DNA of 64,000 bases from Octopus vulgaris. Taxonomy: Eukaryota. Below the pieces are notes generated by a model, which made no database searches, had not been told where the DNA came from, and was given only the letters and a program-made list of their open reading frames with translations. This document shows positions 1 to 11,454 of this stretch, piece after piece; the stretch's first letter is position 1; each line of letters begins with the position of its first letter. The DNA is taken from positions 76,942,001 through 77,006,000 of the forward strand of contig OX597823.1 of assembly GCA_951406725.2 (NCBI GenBank), written 5' to 3'. Both the position numbers and the translations under genes were made by a program.

Positions 1-92
1 AATTTACAAAGAATAAGTCCTAGGGTCGATTTGTTCGACTAAAGTAAGTGCTCCATCATGGCCGCTGTCAAATGACTGAAACAAATAAAAAA
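1..92 (+). mobile_element. 3' tail of SINE family A
   Basis: AAGAATAAGTCCTAGGGTCGATTTGTTCGACTAAAG...CAAATGACTGAAACAAATAAAA matches the tail of the full copy at 14901-15327. Confidence 0.85.
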
Positions 93-779
93 ATTATTAT
101 TTTATGCCAAAAAATATACAAACTAGATTCTGATTCGTTAGTATTTATACTTTACATTATTACATGACCTTGGAAGTCTCCTTTGAACCCGTTTATTTAA
201 TTCGATCAACTTCCCAGTATTTTTAACTGTGTGATCAGTATTCTGCGATGCGTCGGTGGTCACCGGCATCTGGGGAATCAGAAGCTTTGGCGCCATTAAT
301 CTCCTCTCCATTGTTGGCTAATCCCATGATATTTCATATTATTTTAAGTCAGAAGTCACAGTCCCAGGTATATGTAAAATTTCATACATTATTGCATTTA
401 CTGAAACGTGAAATTAATGATTATTGAATACAATGATATATATTATAGTGAATGAAATATTTCGCATTTATACACACGAGAAATGAACGTACATTAAGGC
501 AACTCGTTTATTGATAAGCAAAAGTAAAGGATGAACAACGACTTTTGACTCCAATCAAATTATTATTGCATATCCTTGACAGACACTTATAGCATCGCTT
601 ATGGCATATGCAAATATGTAATTGCTTTATGAAATTCTGGTACAACACAAACATTTCATAAGATGCCTGCATAGAATTTATACCAAGTCTTAAGTTTCTG
701 GGTATTCTATATTGCAAAGGTATATTTAAGTTATTCGCTTGTTTTATTACAAGGCTGCTATATTCTAGGTTTTTAGCCC

Positions 780-1143
780 AACAATCGACCCAAAGACATT
801 TTTTTTTAAACCTGGTACTTATTCTGTCGATCTATTTTGCCGAACCGCTAAGTTACGGGGACGTAAACACACTAGCATCGGTTATCAAGCGATGCTGGGG
901 GAACAAACACAGAAACACAAGCATACACACACACACACACACACACACATACAAATATATATATATATATATATATATACATACGACGGGCTTCTTTCAG
1001 TTTCCGTCTACCAAATCCACTCACAAGGCTTTGGTTGGCTCGAGGCTATAGTAGAAGACACTTGCCCAAGGTGCCACGCAGTGGGACTGAACCCGGAACC
1101 ACATAGTTCGTAAGCAAGCTACTTACCACACAGCCACTCCTAC
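780..1143 (-). mobile_element. SINE family A (tRNA-like head, CORE-like ACCTTGGGCAAGTG motif, internal CA/TA microsatellite)
   Basis: Reverse complement reads GGAGTGGCTGTGTGGTAAG (A box)...CCGGGTTCAGTCCC (B box)...GGCACCTTGGGCAAGTG. More than 10 homologous copies in the window. Confidence 0.9.
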
Positions 1144-1553
1144 TTAGCAATAATTATTAATTCAATTATTTATATTAACAGAACTGATCGACCATTTTTG
1201 TGTGCAAGATGTAACAGTAAACAGTGATGCAGATGAATGGTTTTTACAATTCATTGAATTACCTGGGACAAACGCGAATCCCTTCGTCAGGATTCTTCTT
1301 CCATTAATTAAGAACTAATGGTTGTCATTGATTGTGTGGTATGGTCAGGCTTAACATGGAACACGTGCACTATTAAGTGTAATATCTAATCTCCAAATAA
1401 AGCTTAGCTAAGTTGCTACAGATGCACGCAATTTAAATTTGCTTTTAGTTGATACAGTAAGAGCCAATTTTCGCATCAATATTTCACATTATTTTTACAG
1501 AAACCTAGGCAGATATTACATTATTATTATTATCAGTCATAACTCCGCGAGGT

Positions 1554-1951
1554 GGAGGCGCAATGGCCCAGAGGTTAGGGCAGCGGACTCGCGGTCATAG
1601 GATTGCGGTTTCGATTCCCAGACCGGGCGCTGTGAGTGTTTATTGAGTGAAAACACCTAAAGCTCCACGAGGCTCCGGCAGGGGATGGTGGTGATCCCTG
1701 CTGTACTCTTTCACCACAACTTTCTCTCACTCTTACTTCCTGTTTCTGTTGTACCTGTATTTCAAAGGGCCGGCCTTGTCACTCTCTGTGTCACGCTGAA
1801 TATCCCCGAGAACTACGTTAAGGGTACGCGTGTCTGTGGAGTGGTCAGCCACTTACACGTTAATTTCACGAGCAGGCTGTTCCGTTGATTCGGATCAACC
1901 GGAACCCTCGTCGTCGTAACCGACGGAGTGTTAAGAGAGAGAGTGCTTCCA
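1554..1951 (+). mobile_element. Full-length tRNA-derived SINE family C with perfect 16-bp TSD
   Basis: Head GGAGGCGCAATGGCCCAGAGG (A box), GGTTTCGATTCCC (B box-like), anticodon-like loop CT-CGC-GG. TSD CATAACTCCGCGAGGT at 1538-1553 and 1952-1967. Confidence 0.9.
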
Positions 1952-1960
1952 CATAACTCC

Positions 1961-2170
1961 GCGAGGTGGCAAAATCGTAAACACGTCAGGCAGCATCCTA
2001 AGCGTCATTTCTTTCGTCTTCATGATACAAGTTCAAATTCCGCCAAGGTCGACTTTGCCTTTAATATTTATGGGATCGATAAAATAAGCACCAGTTGAGC
2101 ACTGAGGTCAATGAAATCGACTAGCATCTGCCCCCCGAATTTAAGGACTTGTGCATATTGTAGAAACGAT
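1961..2170 (+). mobile_element. Old SINE family B copy (target of the family C insertion)
   Basis: GTTCAAATTCCGCCAAGGTCGACTTTGCCTTT...GATAAAATAAGCACCAG matches the family B core. Confidence 0.75.
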
Positions 2171-2652
2171 TATTATTATCATTCCTTTTGTTCATCATGC
2201 ACAAATACGTGTGTATCCACCATTATTTTATTAATTTTATTCGATTTTAGAAAAATTGAAGCATGTCTTTGATAATTCCAGAGTGTATTAACCTTCTTTT
2301 GTGCGTGACTTTTGGCTCACCCTCCATATTGAAGAGTAAATTACTAGATAAGTCATTCAGTTTCTCCATTTATTTACAGAAAAAGTATTTAGATCAGGTA
2401 ACATTATCTGAATTATGTGAAATTATGTGAAATTATGAATCTTAATTCAAACAAGATTCAGAAGGAAGCAGTCGAGTTGGCTTGAACATATGACATTCGT
2501 GCGAAATACAAGCAATACAGAGAATATAAAAGACAAACATTCCATTATGAAGTTCTTTCAGGATGAAGGTATATATGACGTGCGACTGAAATACAGTCTT
2601 TATTCTATTACTTAGTTACTTTAGATTCTTAATATCTTTAGATTTGCCTGGA

Positions 2653-3262
2653 CCGGCGAGCTGGCAGAAACGATAGCATGCCGGGCAAGATGCTTTGCGG
2701 CATTTCGTCCGACTTTATGTTCTGTGTTCAAATTCCGCCAGAATCGTTTTTCGGTTTTTGTACTTTCGCCGTCGGTAAAATAAGTACCAATTGAGCACTG
2801 GGGGCAATTTAATCGACTTATCTCCCCCTTCGAAATTGCTAGCCTTCTGCCAAAATTTGAAACCAATATCTTTAGCTTTACATAGGGCAGCAAGTAATAA
2901 AGAAATAAGAAACGTTAGCACGTCGGGCGAAGTGCTTAGCCGTATTTCGTCTGCCGCTACGTTCTGAGTTCAAATTCCGCCGAGGTTGACTTTGCCTTTC
3001 ATCCTTTCGGGATCGATTAAATAAGTACAAGTTACGCACTGGGTTCGATATAATCGACTTAATCCATTTGGCTGTCCTTGTATGTCCTCTGTGTGTGTAG
3101 CCCCTTGTGGGTAGTAAAGAAATAGGCATTTCATCCGTCTATATCTTCTGAGTTCAAATTCCATCGAGCTCGGCTTCGCATTTCATCCTTTCGGGGTCAA
3201 TTAAATAAGTACCAGTTGAACATTGCTGGCCTAGTGCCAAAATATGAAACCAATATCGCTAG
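2653..3262 (+). mobile_element. Tandem cluster of three SINE family B units (Meta-domain-like core)
   Basis: GGCGAGCTGGCAGAAAC head, GAGTTCAAATTCC B box and the GACTTTGCCTTTCATCCTTTCGGGGTCGATAAA-type core recur three times. Confidence 0.9.
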
Positions 3263-4237
3263 CTTTACAACTTTGGTCCGTTTAAAGTTCTAGCACTCAT
3301 AAGGCCTGTCCTTAACCTAGTTTTTACGGCTTACAATTAACTAAGATGACGACCTCCCACTCTGAACAAGACGTCGTTCCGTCCCAGGATCAACTTTCTA
3401 GCTTGCGCTGGAATTCGTGCTGAAGAACACAACGCACCATCCTGTCCGGGGATAAAACCCATGATCTTACGATCATTAGTGCAACTACTCAGCGGGGCGC
3501 TTTCACTTTTAATGCCACTAGTAAAGTGTTGGAACATTTTCAAAATACAGTTTATAAATGCAGTGCTTTACACCCAGAGCATTTTGACTAAGCAGGTAAT
3601 GTTAACAAGATAGAACTTTAAGAGACACATATTCAGACGTAACACACAATCAAATCAAATTCGTAACTAAAGTTTATTTAATTCAGAGACACGTACAAAA
3701 CTATAATGAGCACTAGCAATATGGTAAATTCGGGTTTCGAGCAACCATCAGCAACGAATATTCATGATGACGAATGACAATCTTACATTCAGCCTATACT
3801 TTTAACACAGTGTCTTTCTTTTCTAAGCCTATCAACAGCTAAGGTAATTGTTGAACGATCATTAAGAAGACTCAGTCACGTGTATTCGTCCGGAGTTCTA
3901 CACCAAGTAAGGACAGATTGCGGAAATTAACCTTTGTTCTCCAGGGAAAAGCAATCATCTACTAAGGTGGATTACAATTCTTTCTACTATAGATATAAGT
4001 ACCATAGTTTTGTAACTGATCAATTTGATGTGGGAACTGAATAAAGCAAGAATGTGTAATTGCCCTTAAACATTTTTTTCCATTTTCCTTTGAAACACTG
4101 ATTCAGAAGATGGGGTGCAACAAGTCCCAACGTTGGGACGTGGTACTGTTTTGGTAAGATGTAGTTGAGTTATATGTATATATGTATATCAATTCGTTTT
4201 GCAAATTTCCTGATGTGAAATCGCGTGTTGAAACAGA

Positions 4238-4498
4238 TATTGTTATATTTTGGGACGGTCATTTTTTTTTTTGGGGGGGGGGGGGGGGGACAAATAAACA
4301 CACACACCCTATATATTTTTTTTTCATTCGTTTATTACAGGTCTTATTTTATTATTTTAACTCATGTCTGGAAATCTTTCGTCACACAATAGACATGAAT
4401 TAAAATAACAAGAAAACACAAAATAAGAACAGTAATAAAAGAGTGAAGAAAACATATATTGCGTTTGTTTATTTGGCAAAAAATGACCGTCTCGAAAT

Positions 4499-4508
<10 letters not shown>
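4238..4508. repeat. Diverged fold-back (inverted repeat) element, about 270 bp
   Basis: Left arm ATATTGTTATATTTTGGGACGGTCATTTTTT...TTTTAACTCATGTCT is the reverse complement of the right arm AGACATGAATTAAAA...AAAAAATGACCGTCTCGAAATACAACAATAT. Confidence 0.75.
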
Positions 4509-4550
<42 letters not shown>

Positions 4551-4555
<5 letters not shown>

Positions 4556-4795
4556 TCATAAAAATATAAACAAAAGACGAAGACAGGCGGTGTAGACAAC
4601 AAACAGATGTATTAGTATAACGCTCGGGAATTGAAAAAGTCTTTAACGTTTCGAGCTTACGCACTTCCACAGAAAGAAACAAGGAGAGAAAATAAAGAAT
4701 GTGAAGTGGCTAGCGATCTATCATGGCGAATGCCGGACAGAAGGGTCACACAAGAGAGCTAGGGAGAAGGGGAGATAATAAAGTAGTGGTGATCC
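4551..4795 (-). mobile_element. Penelope-like element 3' end abutting (TA)n, with hammerhead-like motif
   Basis: Minus strand TCTTT-CTGTGGA-A-GTGC-GTAA-GCTC-GAAAC-GTT-AAAGA at 4640-4677; runs into the (TA)n array at 4506-4551. Confidence 0.65.
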
Positions 4796-4940
4796 CTATA
4801 CATATTTTACCAAGTCTGAAAGGATGAAAAACAAAATTGGCCTCTATGGAGTTTGAACTCAGAATGTAAGTACGAATAAAATACCACCAAGAATTTCATC
4901 TAGCATGCTAACAATTCTGTCAGCTCACCGGCTTCATGGA

Positions 4941-5006
<66 letters not shown>

Positions 5007-5010
5007 GGGG

Positions 5011-5153
5011 AGAATTCACAAAAATATAAACAAAAGACGAAGACAGGCGGTGTAGACAACAAACAGATGTATTAGTATAACGCTCGGGAATTGAAAAAGT
5101 CTTTAACGTTTCGAGCTTACGCACTTCCACAGAAAGAAACAAGGAGAGAAAAT
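5011..5153 (-). mobile_element. Second, near-identical copy of the PLE 3' end
   Basis: One mismatch in 143 bp versus 4551-4693 by eye; again next to (TA)n. Confidence 0.7.
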
Positions 5154-5331
5154 TATGATATATCCAATGTATTACTTTCTGTTACTGATAAGCTGTATTG
5201 CCTACCAATGCTTCACTCTCATTCTCCACCAGATTTCATAATATATAAGTCACTTATAATCTTCCTTTCATTCATTGACTGAAGCCCTTTATTGCTGTTG
5301 TTTAGCCTCAATCAACTTTTCTGGATCAGAA

Positions 5332-5428
5332 AAGGCAAGAAATCTCAAGTCATATAAGTTATTATTACTAAAACTTATTAAGCAATTTTTAATAATAATA
5401 ACATATTTGACTTGAGATGTCTTGCCTT
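5332..5428. repeat. 97-bp near-perfect palindrome
   Basis: AAGGCAAGAAATCTCAAGTCATATAAGTTATTATTACTAAAA versus the reverse complement of 5387-5428: 38 of 42 positions match. Confidence 0.85.
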
Positions 5429-5944
5429 GGTGTTTGTTTCCCTTTTTAACAAAATTATATCCGCTGTATCGGCAATCTACAATAGTTCTATAGTTCCTTA
5501 ACTCCTGTCTCGGTTACGAGCTTGGAACCCTAGTAATCCGTTACACAACTTACCCAGCATACCTATCCGTTTAGATCACCTGTCGACTAAACTCCTATAC
5601 ACACGCACGCACTACACACACTAATTTCGCCGATCCTGGTGAGGGCGTGTATTTTTGCCATTATCCTTTTTGAGAATTGAAGTAAGCGTGGGGTCGGGAA
5701 GAATGACTAAAATCCACTGCTCTAAATCAAACCAATATCTCATGCTGCTAGGTTCTTTTAATTAACATCAGTTTCCAGAGGCTGACCGTTATGAACGAAT
5801 GCTGGGTCATCGCAGCCACTTTACCTCAAGGTTAGAAAAGTTAAACAAAAACGTGGAGAGCAAAGGAAATAGCTCAAAAGCGAACTTAAATTGAATTTGA
5901 ACAAGGAGAGCAGTAACCTGTATAACTGAGAATCTAGGATGACT

Positions 5945-5966
5945 ACGTATGTACATTCATATATAT

Positions 5967-6030
<64 letters not shown>

Positions 6031-6345
6031 AAATTTACTTATAGACATATAAATGTGTATGTATATGTGTTCACGTCTGTCTTTTAATGTATGGCGGAAT
6101 TCATCTATTTTGAGTTTGCCTCTGAGTGTTTACATATATGAGTGTGTATATACATATATTGTGTGTATATACATATACACACTATATATATATATACATA
6201 TAGTGTATATATACATATATACACACAACATGCATACATACATTATATATATTACAAACATACATACATTATATACATTACATACACAAACACACCCAGA
6301 AATACACACACATACACACATATATATATATGTATGTATATGAGT
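5945..6345. repeat. Compound (CA)n/(TA)n low-complexity tract
   Basis: Seen directly; source of the YI/HT ORFs. Confidence 0.95.
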
Positions 6346-7422
6346 GTGTTATTGGTGGAAAGAACATGATACAAAATTTACATTGTGATCGATACATTGA
6401 AGGCACTTTGATGATTTTTTTAGGTGTACTGGTGCCAGGATTTTGTTGAAAGGCAATTCATTTAGAATTTCACTCTCTTTATCCTATAGGGAAAGATAAT
6501 ATTAATGATGGCCATGTTTTAGACTGTTATACGTCTCTTTTATACTTGATTGCATTTCCGTCTGAACTTGGCTTCGTAGAATATTCTAAAGAGAGGTCAC
6601 TTGCAGCTGTTGTTTATCTATAGGCTGTTTAAATAAAAAGTCATTCTCTTAAATGGCGACAAGTGAAAAAGAAAAAAAAAAGAAGATGGAACCGAAAAAA
6701 AATTTTGTAAACTACTATGTATGTGCGTGTGAGTGTTTGTGAGTGTAGTCTATTTTCATTTTTATTCGACTTTATATATCACCTCCATTTCTATTCCTAA
6801 CTAAAATATCTACTAATACCGTTCACCTTCCAGCACCACTCCTTACCATTCTACCATTGAAACATAAATTATTCTTTCAACGACTACCTTATTTTTGGCT
6901 TAATTTTATGACCACAAAATAAACTAGACCGGTGAGCAAATCCTTAAATATCTTCCAAAATTCTAGTTTTTCTAAACTAAAGTATATTTTGGTGCCTACC
7001 TACTGCATCCATCCTCAGTTTGCTAAACTGCAATCTTGTTCCTTACTTACATTATTTACATTAGACGGATATTTATCCTCATCTTGTTTCTTAACACGTT
7101 TCGGTTTATTTACTTTCCAGCCTTCATCAGGTGTCTTGGGGATATTTCGAACCTGGGTTCTCATTCCTAACGTATTTTTCGATGTTGTTGTTGTTGTTAT
7201 TATTATTATTATTACTACTACTACTAGTATTATTATTGTTAAGGTCACTGTTTGGAATCGAACTCGGAATCTTGGGGTTAGTAGCCCACGCTCTTAGCCA
7301 CTACACCATATTCCCGTGGGCTATGTGGTTAAGAGCGCGGGCTACTAACTCTAAGATTCCGAGTTCAATTCCAAGCAGTGACCTGAACAATAATAATAAT
7401 AGTAATAATAATAGCAATAATA

Positions 7423-8385
7423 GGATTTTTTCCTTTTGATAGCCAGATTTCAACACAATTTCTAGTAAACTAAACACTTTAAAACTTCGTATACTGGTAG
7501 AATGTGTTTATAAAACATCATTTTTTCTTGGCTTTATTGAGAAAATTCTATATGTTGTAAGATATTTCGTCTGAAAATCCGAGTATTTTGGCAATTTTAA
7601 CCAATCGATTACCTCCATTTAGGTAAACAACATTTGCTGCGTCTAAAACTGAGACAACATCCTGTAACTAACCCTAACCCTAATTTTTTTTTTATTAATT
7701 GTTAAATTAATTTAATTGTTACGCGTGTAAAAAAAACCGAAAGCAATGGAAAGTGCTTTAAACAATTAACAATCAAAATCTTTATATATATAAAACTGAG
7801 AATGTGTGTTTGTCTGTATGTCTGCGTGTTTCACTAAAACTTGAGAACTACACAACCAATTTCATTCAAATTTTACACATGCCTTACTTAGGATCCATGT
7901 AGTTTCATGGGCAAAAAAATGTTCAACTTCTTGCCTAGAGCAAGTCTATAGCAATATCATATATTCTCCACTATTTCAGTATTACGTGCTAAAAGTGAAA
8001 CAAAAACATTTCTCTATTTTATGTCAGATATTTTCACTTTAACGATTTCTTGTTAACTAAACACTTTAAAACTTCGTATACTGGTTTATTGCTGTTGTTA
8101 CACGCGTAACAATTAAATTAATTTAACAATTAATAAAAAAAAATTAGGGTTAGGGTTAGTTACAGGATGTTGTCTCAGTTTTAGACGCAGCAAATGTTGT
8201 TTACTTAAATGGAGGTAATCGGTTGGTTAAAATTGCCAAAATACTCGGATTTTCAGACGAAATATCTTACAACATATAGAATTTTCTCAATAAAGCCAAG
8301 AAAAAATGATGTTTTATAAACGCATTCTACCAGTATAGTTAACTAGAAATTGTGTTGAAATCTGGCTATCAAAAAGAAAAAATCC
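7423..8385. mobile_element. MITE-like DNA transposon with about 300-bp TIRs and GG...CC ends
   Basis: 7423-7730 is the reverse complement of 8098-8385 apart from one short indel and a few substitutions. Possible 8-bp TSD CAATAATA at 7415-7422 and 8386-8393 (low information, inside an AAT tract). Confidence 0.85.
7779..8045 (+). mobile_element. 5' part of a non-autonomous Helitron-like element nested in the MITE spacer
   Basis: A|TCTTTATATATATAAAACTGAGAATGTGTGTTTGTCTG resembles the 5' ends of the Helitrons at 39723 and 61322; no CTAG end found. Confidence 0.55.
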
Positions 8386-9589
8386 CAATAATAATAATGA
8401 TAATAACAATAACAACAACATTGGAAAAATACTTTAGGAATGAGAATCCAGGTTCGAAATTTCCCCAAGACACCTGATGAAGGCTGGAGACAAATATCCA
8501 TCAAATGAAAATAATGTAAATAATGTACATAATATAGAACTGTATTATTCCTTACTTGTTTGTTTCTCAGTTCAAAATTCTCTTTCTCCTTTCCAGTTAT
8601 TTTATTAATTTTGATCAACTCAAAGCGGTGGATTAGCAGAATTGTAAGCCTAACAAAATAACTTGTAATATTTATTCGGGCTCTTAAGGTTCAGTGTTAA
8701 AAATCTTACCGAGGTCAGCTTTTGTTCATTATTCTTCAGAAGTCGATAAGATAAAGTACAAGTCATGTGCCATTTGTCCAATTAACCGACATCTCCCACC
8801 CAACAAATTTGTGATTTTGTACCGCTGTTACAAACAATCATTTACACTTCTAGCCCTTCTACTTCTCCGTATTTTTCTTAGCCCGACATTCTTCCTAACT
8901 ATGTATCTGCCCTATCTATCTAACTATTCTTGTTGGCTTACTTATCTGATAAACTTAAAAGTTTGCAATCACTTCTCTGTCATTTATCCATTTTCATTAT
9001 CTCGTAGACTCTACAGACGCCATGCAGGCAACATTTCCAGCGGATTTGGCCCACCCAAACTGCAAACAACCAATACAAAAAAGGAACGCCTTGGATCTGT
9101 TTTTTTATTACCCATGCGGGCCAACGTAGAGGGAAACGCCTTGGGTCAAACAAGACAAACTGTGGTGTCATGTAAAAGCTCACAACTTCTTTCACTTGAA
9201 GAGAATGCCACACAACTTAATACAACTTAGCTTGGCTCTTTAGTACACATTTAACAGGGGTTTCACTCTGTGGCAATTATTCGGAAAAGTCTCTTAGTTG
9301 AAGATGATATAGTCGCAAGATACGCCGCTTTCCTTTATGAAGCACTACTAAATACAAATAGAAAATGGAAGTATTTTGTTAAAACGCTTTCAGGCTGAAC
9401 GAAGTACTGCAGCCTGAGAGTGTTTAAAACCAGTGTTTCCTAACTTATTTTTCCCCGGTCCAGCTATAACTTTCCGGGAAAATGGATGCGCCACAGGTGT
9501 TTGGAAATAAAACATCTTGAAAGATATTTCATCATTAAATACCTTCCTTAAAGAAATATCCACTCTAGGGCATTAGAATAGTGCTATAT

Positions 9590-10022
9590 TCTTTTCTACT
9601 CTAGGTACAAGGTCCGAAATTTTGAGGGAGCGGAGCCAGTCGATTAAATCGACTCCAGTACGCAACTGGTACTGAATTTATCGACTCCGAAAGGTTGAAA
9701 GGCAAAATCGACCCCGGCGAAATTTAAACTCAGAATATAAAGACAAACGAAATACCGCTGAGTATTTCGCCCGGCGTGCTAACGTTTCTTATTTCTTTAT
9801 TGCCCAAAAGGAGCTAAACATAGAGGGGACAAACAAGGACAGACAAACGGATTAAGTCGATTACATCGACCCCAGTGCGTAACTGGTAATTATTTAATCG
9901 ACTCCGAAAGGATGAAAGGCAAAGTCGACCTCGGCGGAATTTGAACTCAGAACGTAGCGGCTGTCAAAACACCGCTAAGTATTCCGCCCGGCGTGCTAAC
10001 GATTCTGCCAGCTCGCCGCCTT
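9590..10022 (-). mobile_element. Dimer of SINE family B
   Basis: Two family B units; head CTGCCAGCTCGCCGCC at 10005-10020. Confidence 0.9.
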
Positions 10023-10318
10023 AATAACAACAGCAATAATGATAATAATGATAATAATGATAATAATTATTATAATAATTATAATAATGATAATGATCCT
10101 TTCTAATTTTGTGCACTAGGCCAGCAATTTTGATGCTAGTGGAAAGTCATTATATCGACGCGGTGTTTATTTTATCGATCTCAATAATATGCAACGCAAA
10201 GTCGACTAATACTATAAAATATATAATACGAGCATAACCGCGTTACAGAAAGACAGTTTACAGAATTTGCAGGATTCTGCACTCATGAAAATCTTAGTGC
10301 ATCACCACTAATTTTAAG

Positions 10319-10351
<33 letters not shown>

Positions 10352-10789
10352 CGTTTGTGTGTACCTGCGTGTATAAGCGTGTGTGTGTCTGTGCCTTCGT
10401 ATGTACGTTTGTGTGCATGCGCCTGTCTTTGTTTATGTGTGAATGTCAGTCGTTAATAATCCCTAATGCACTTGTAAAAACGCCATAGCTAGTGACAAAA
10501 TTTTCCTAGAAAATGTCAAATTCGTTATTATATTGATAACAAGTCATGGGGACATTCGAAAAAATTTTATAATAAATCCTAACTAATGCCAAACTTTTTT
10601 CGAGAAAGTGTCAAATTCGTTATTTTAGTGATTCAAAAGTCATTTGGATGATCTGAAAACGATTTTGTTCGTGTGTTTGAGAATTTTATTTTTGGATGCA
10701 TCTTACACAAATTTTGTCAAAGCCAAGTCCGTTTTGAATAATTTCTTTGACACAACCATAACTAATTTGTATTACTTGTCTCTTCGTCA

Positions 10790-10980
10790 AGGCGTAGAGC
10801 TAGCAGAACCACTGCAAGTCGAATAAAATGCTTAACGGCATTTTTTCAGATTCTTTACGTCATGAATTCAAATTTCGCCGAGGACGACTTCGCCTTTCAT
10901 TCTTTCGTAAAAGTACCAGTCAAGTTTTGAGGGTTAGGGTAACCGACATTCCTCCACCTTCATAAAATTTCTGGCATTGT
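10790..10980 (+). mobile_element. Old SINE family B copy
   Basis: GAATTCAAATTTCGCCGAGGACGACTTCGCCTTTCATTCTTTCG. Confidence 0.7.
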
Positions 10981-10982
10981 TC

Positions 10983-11225
10983 TTTTATTCTTTTATTTGT
11001 TTCAGTCATTTGACTGCGGCCAAGCTGGAGCACCACCTTTAGTCGAGCAAATTGACACCAGGACTTATTCTTGGTAAGCCTATTACTTATTCTATCGGTG
11101 TGTTTTGCCGAACCGCTAATTTACTGGGACGTAAACACGCCAGCATCGGTTGTCAAGCGATGTTGGGGGGACAAACACAGACACACAAACACATACATAC
11201 ATACATACATACATACATACATACA

Positions 11226-11261
<36 letters not shown>

Positions 11262-11276
11262 TAAATATATATATAT

Positions 11277-11316
<40 letters not shown>

Positions 11317-11452
11317 GACGGGCTTCTTTCAGTTTCCTTCTACCATAGCCAAATCCACTCACAAAGCTTTGGTCGGCCCGAGGTTATAGTAGAAGACACT
11401 TTCCCAAGGTGCCACGCAGTGGGACTGAACCCGGAACCATGTGGTTGGCAAG
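10983..11452 (-). mobile_element. SINE family A with expanded (CATA)n/(TA)n core
   Basis: Tail TTTCAGTCATTTGACTGCGGCC through head GGGACTGAACCCGGAACCATGTGG. Confidence 0.9.
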
Positions 11453-11454
11453 TT

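Larger units (their letters stand above)
7049..8543. mobile_element. Palindromic non-autonomous element: two divergent tRNA-like heads, each followed by (AAT)n and a CTGATGA hammerhead-like module; interrupted by a MITE
   Basis: 7049-7312 is the reverse complement of 7313-7422 plus 8386-8530. TSD TTCCTTACTT at 7039-7048 and 8548-8557. Confidence 0.8.

Noticed and set aside
170-720. Short open frames near the window start
   Set aside because: No consistent splice signals or recognisable homology.
7241-7385. Functional tRNA genes, here and at other SINE heads
   Set aside because: No complete acceptor stem or oligo-T terminator; each continues into repeat body.
7668-7683. TAACCC/TTAGGG repeats as telomere remnants
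   Set aside because: Only about two units, symmetrically placed inside the MITE TIRs.
8694-9230. 178-aa ORF
   Set aside because: Starts at GTG inside an old SINE B, crosses low-complexity DNA and has no recognisable domain.
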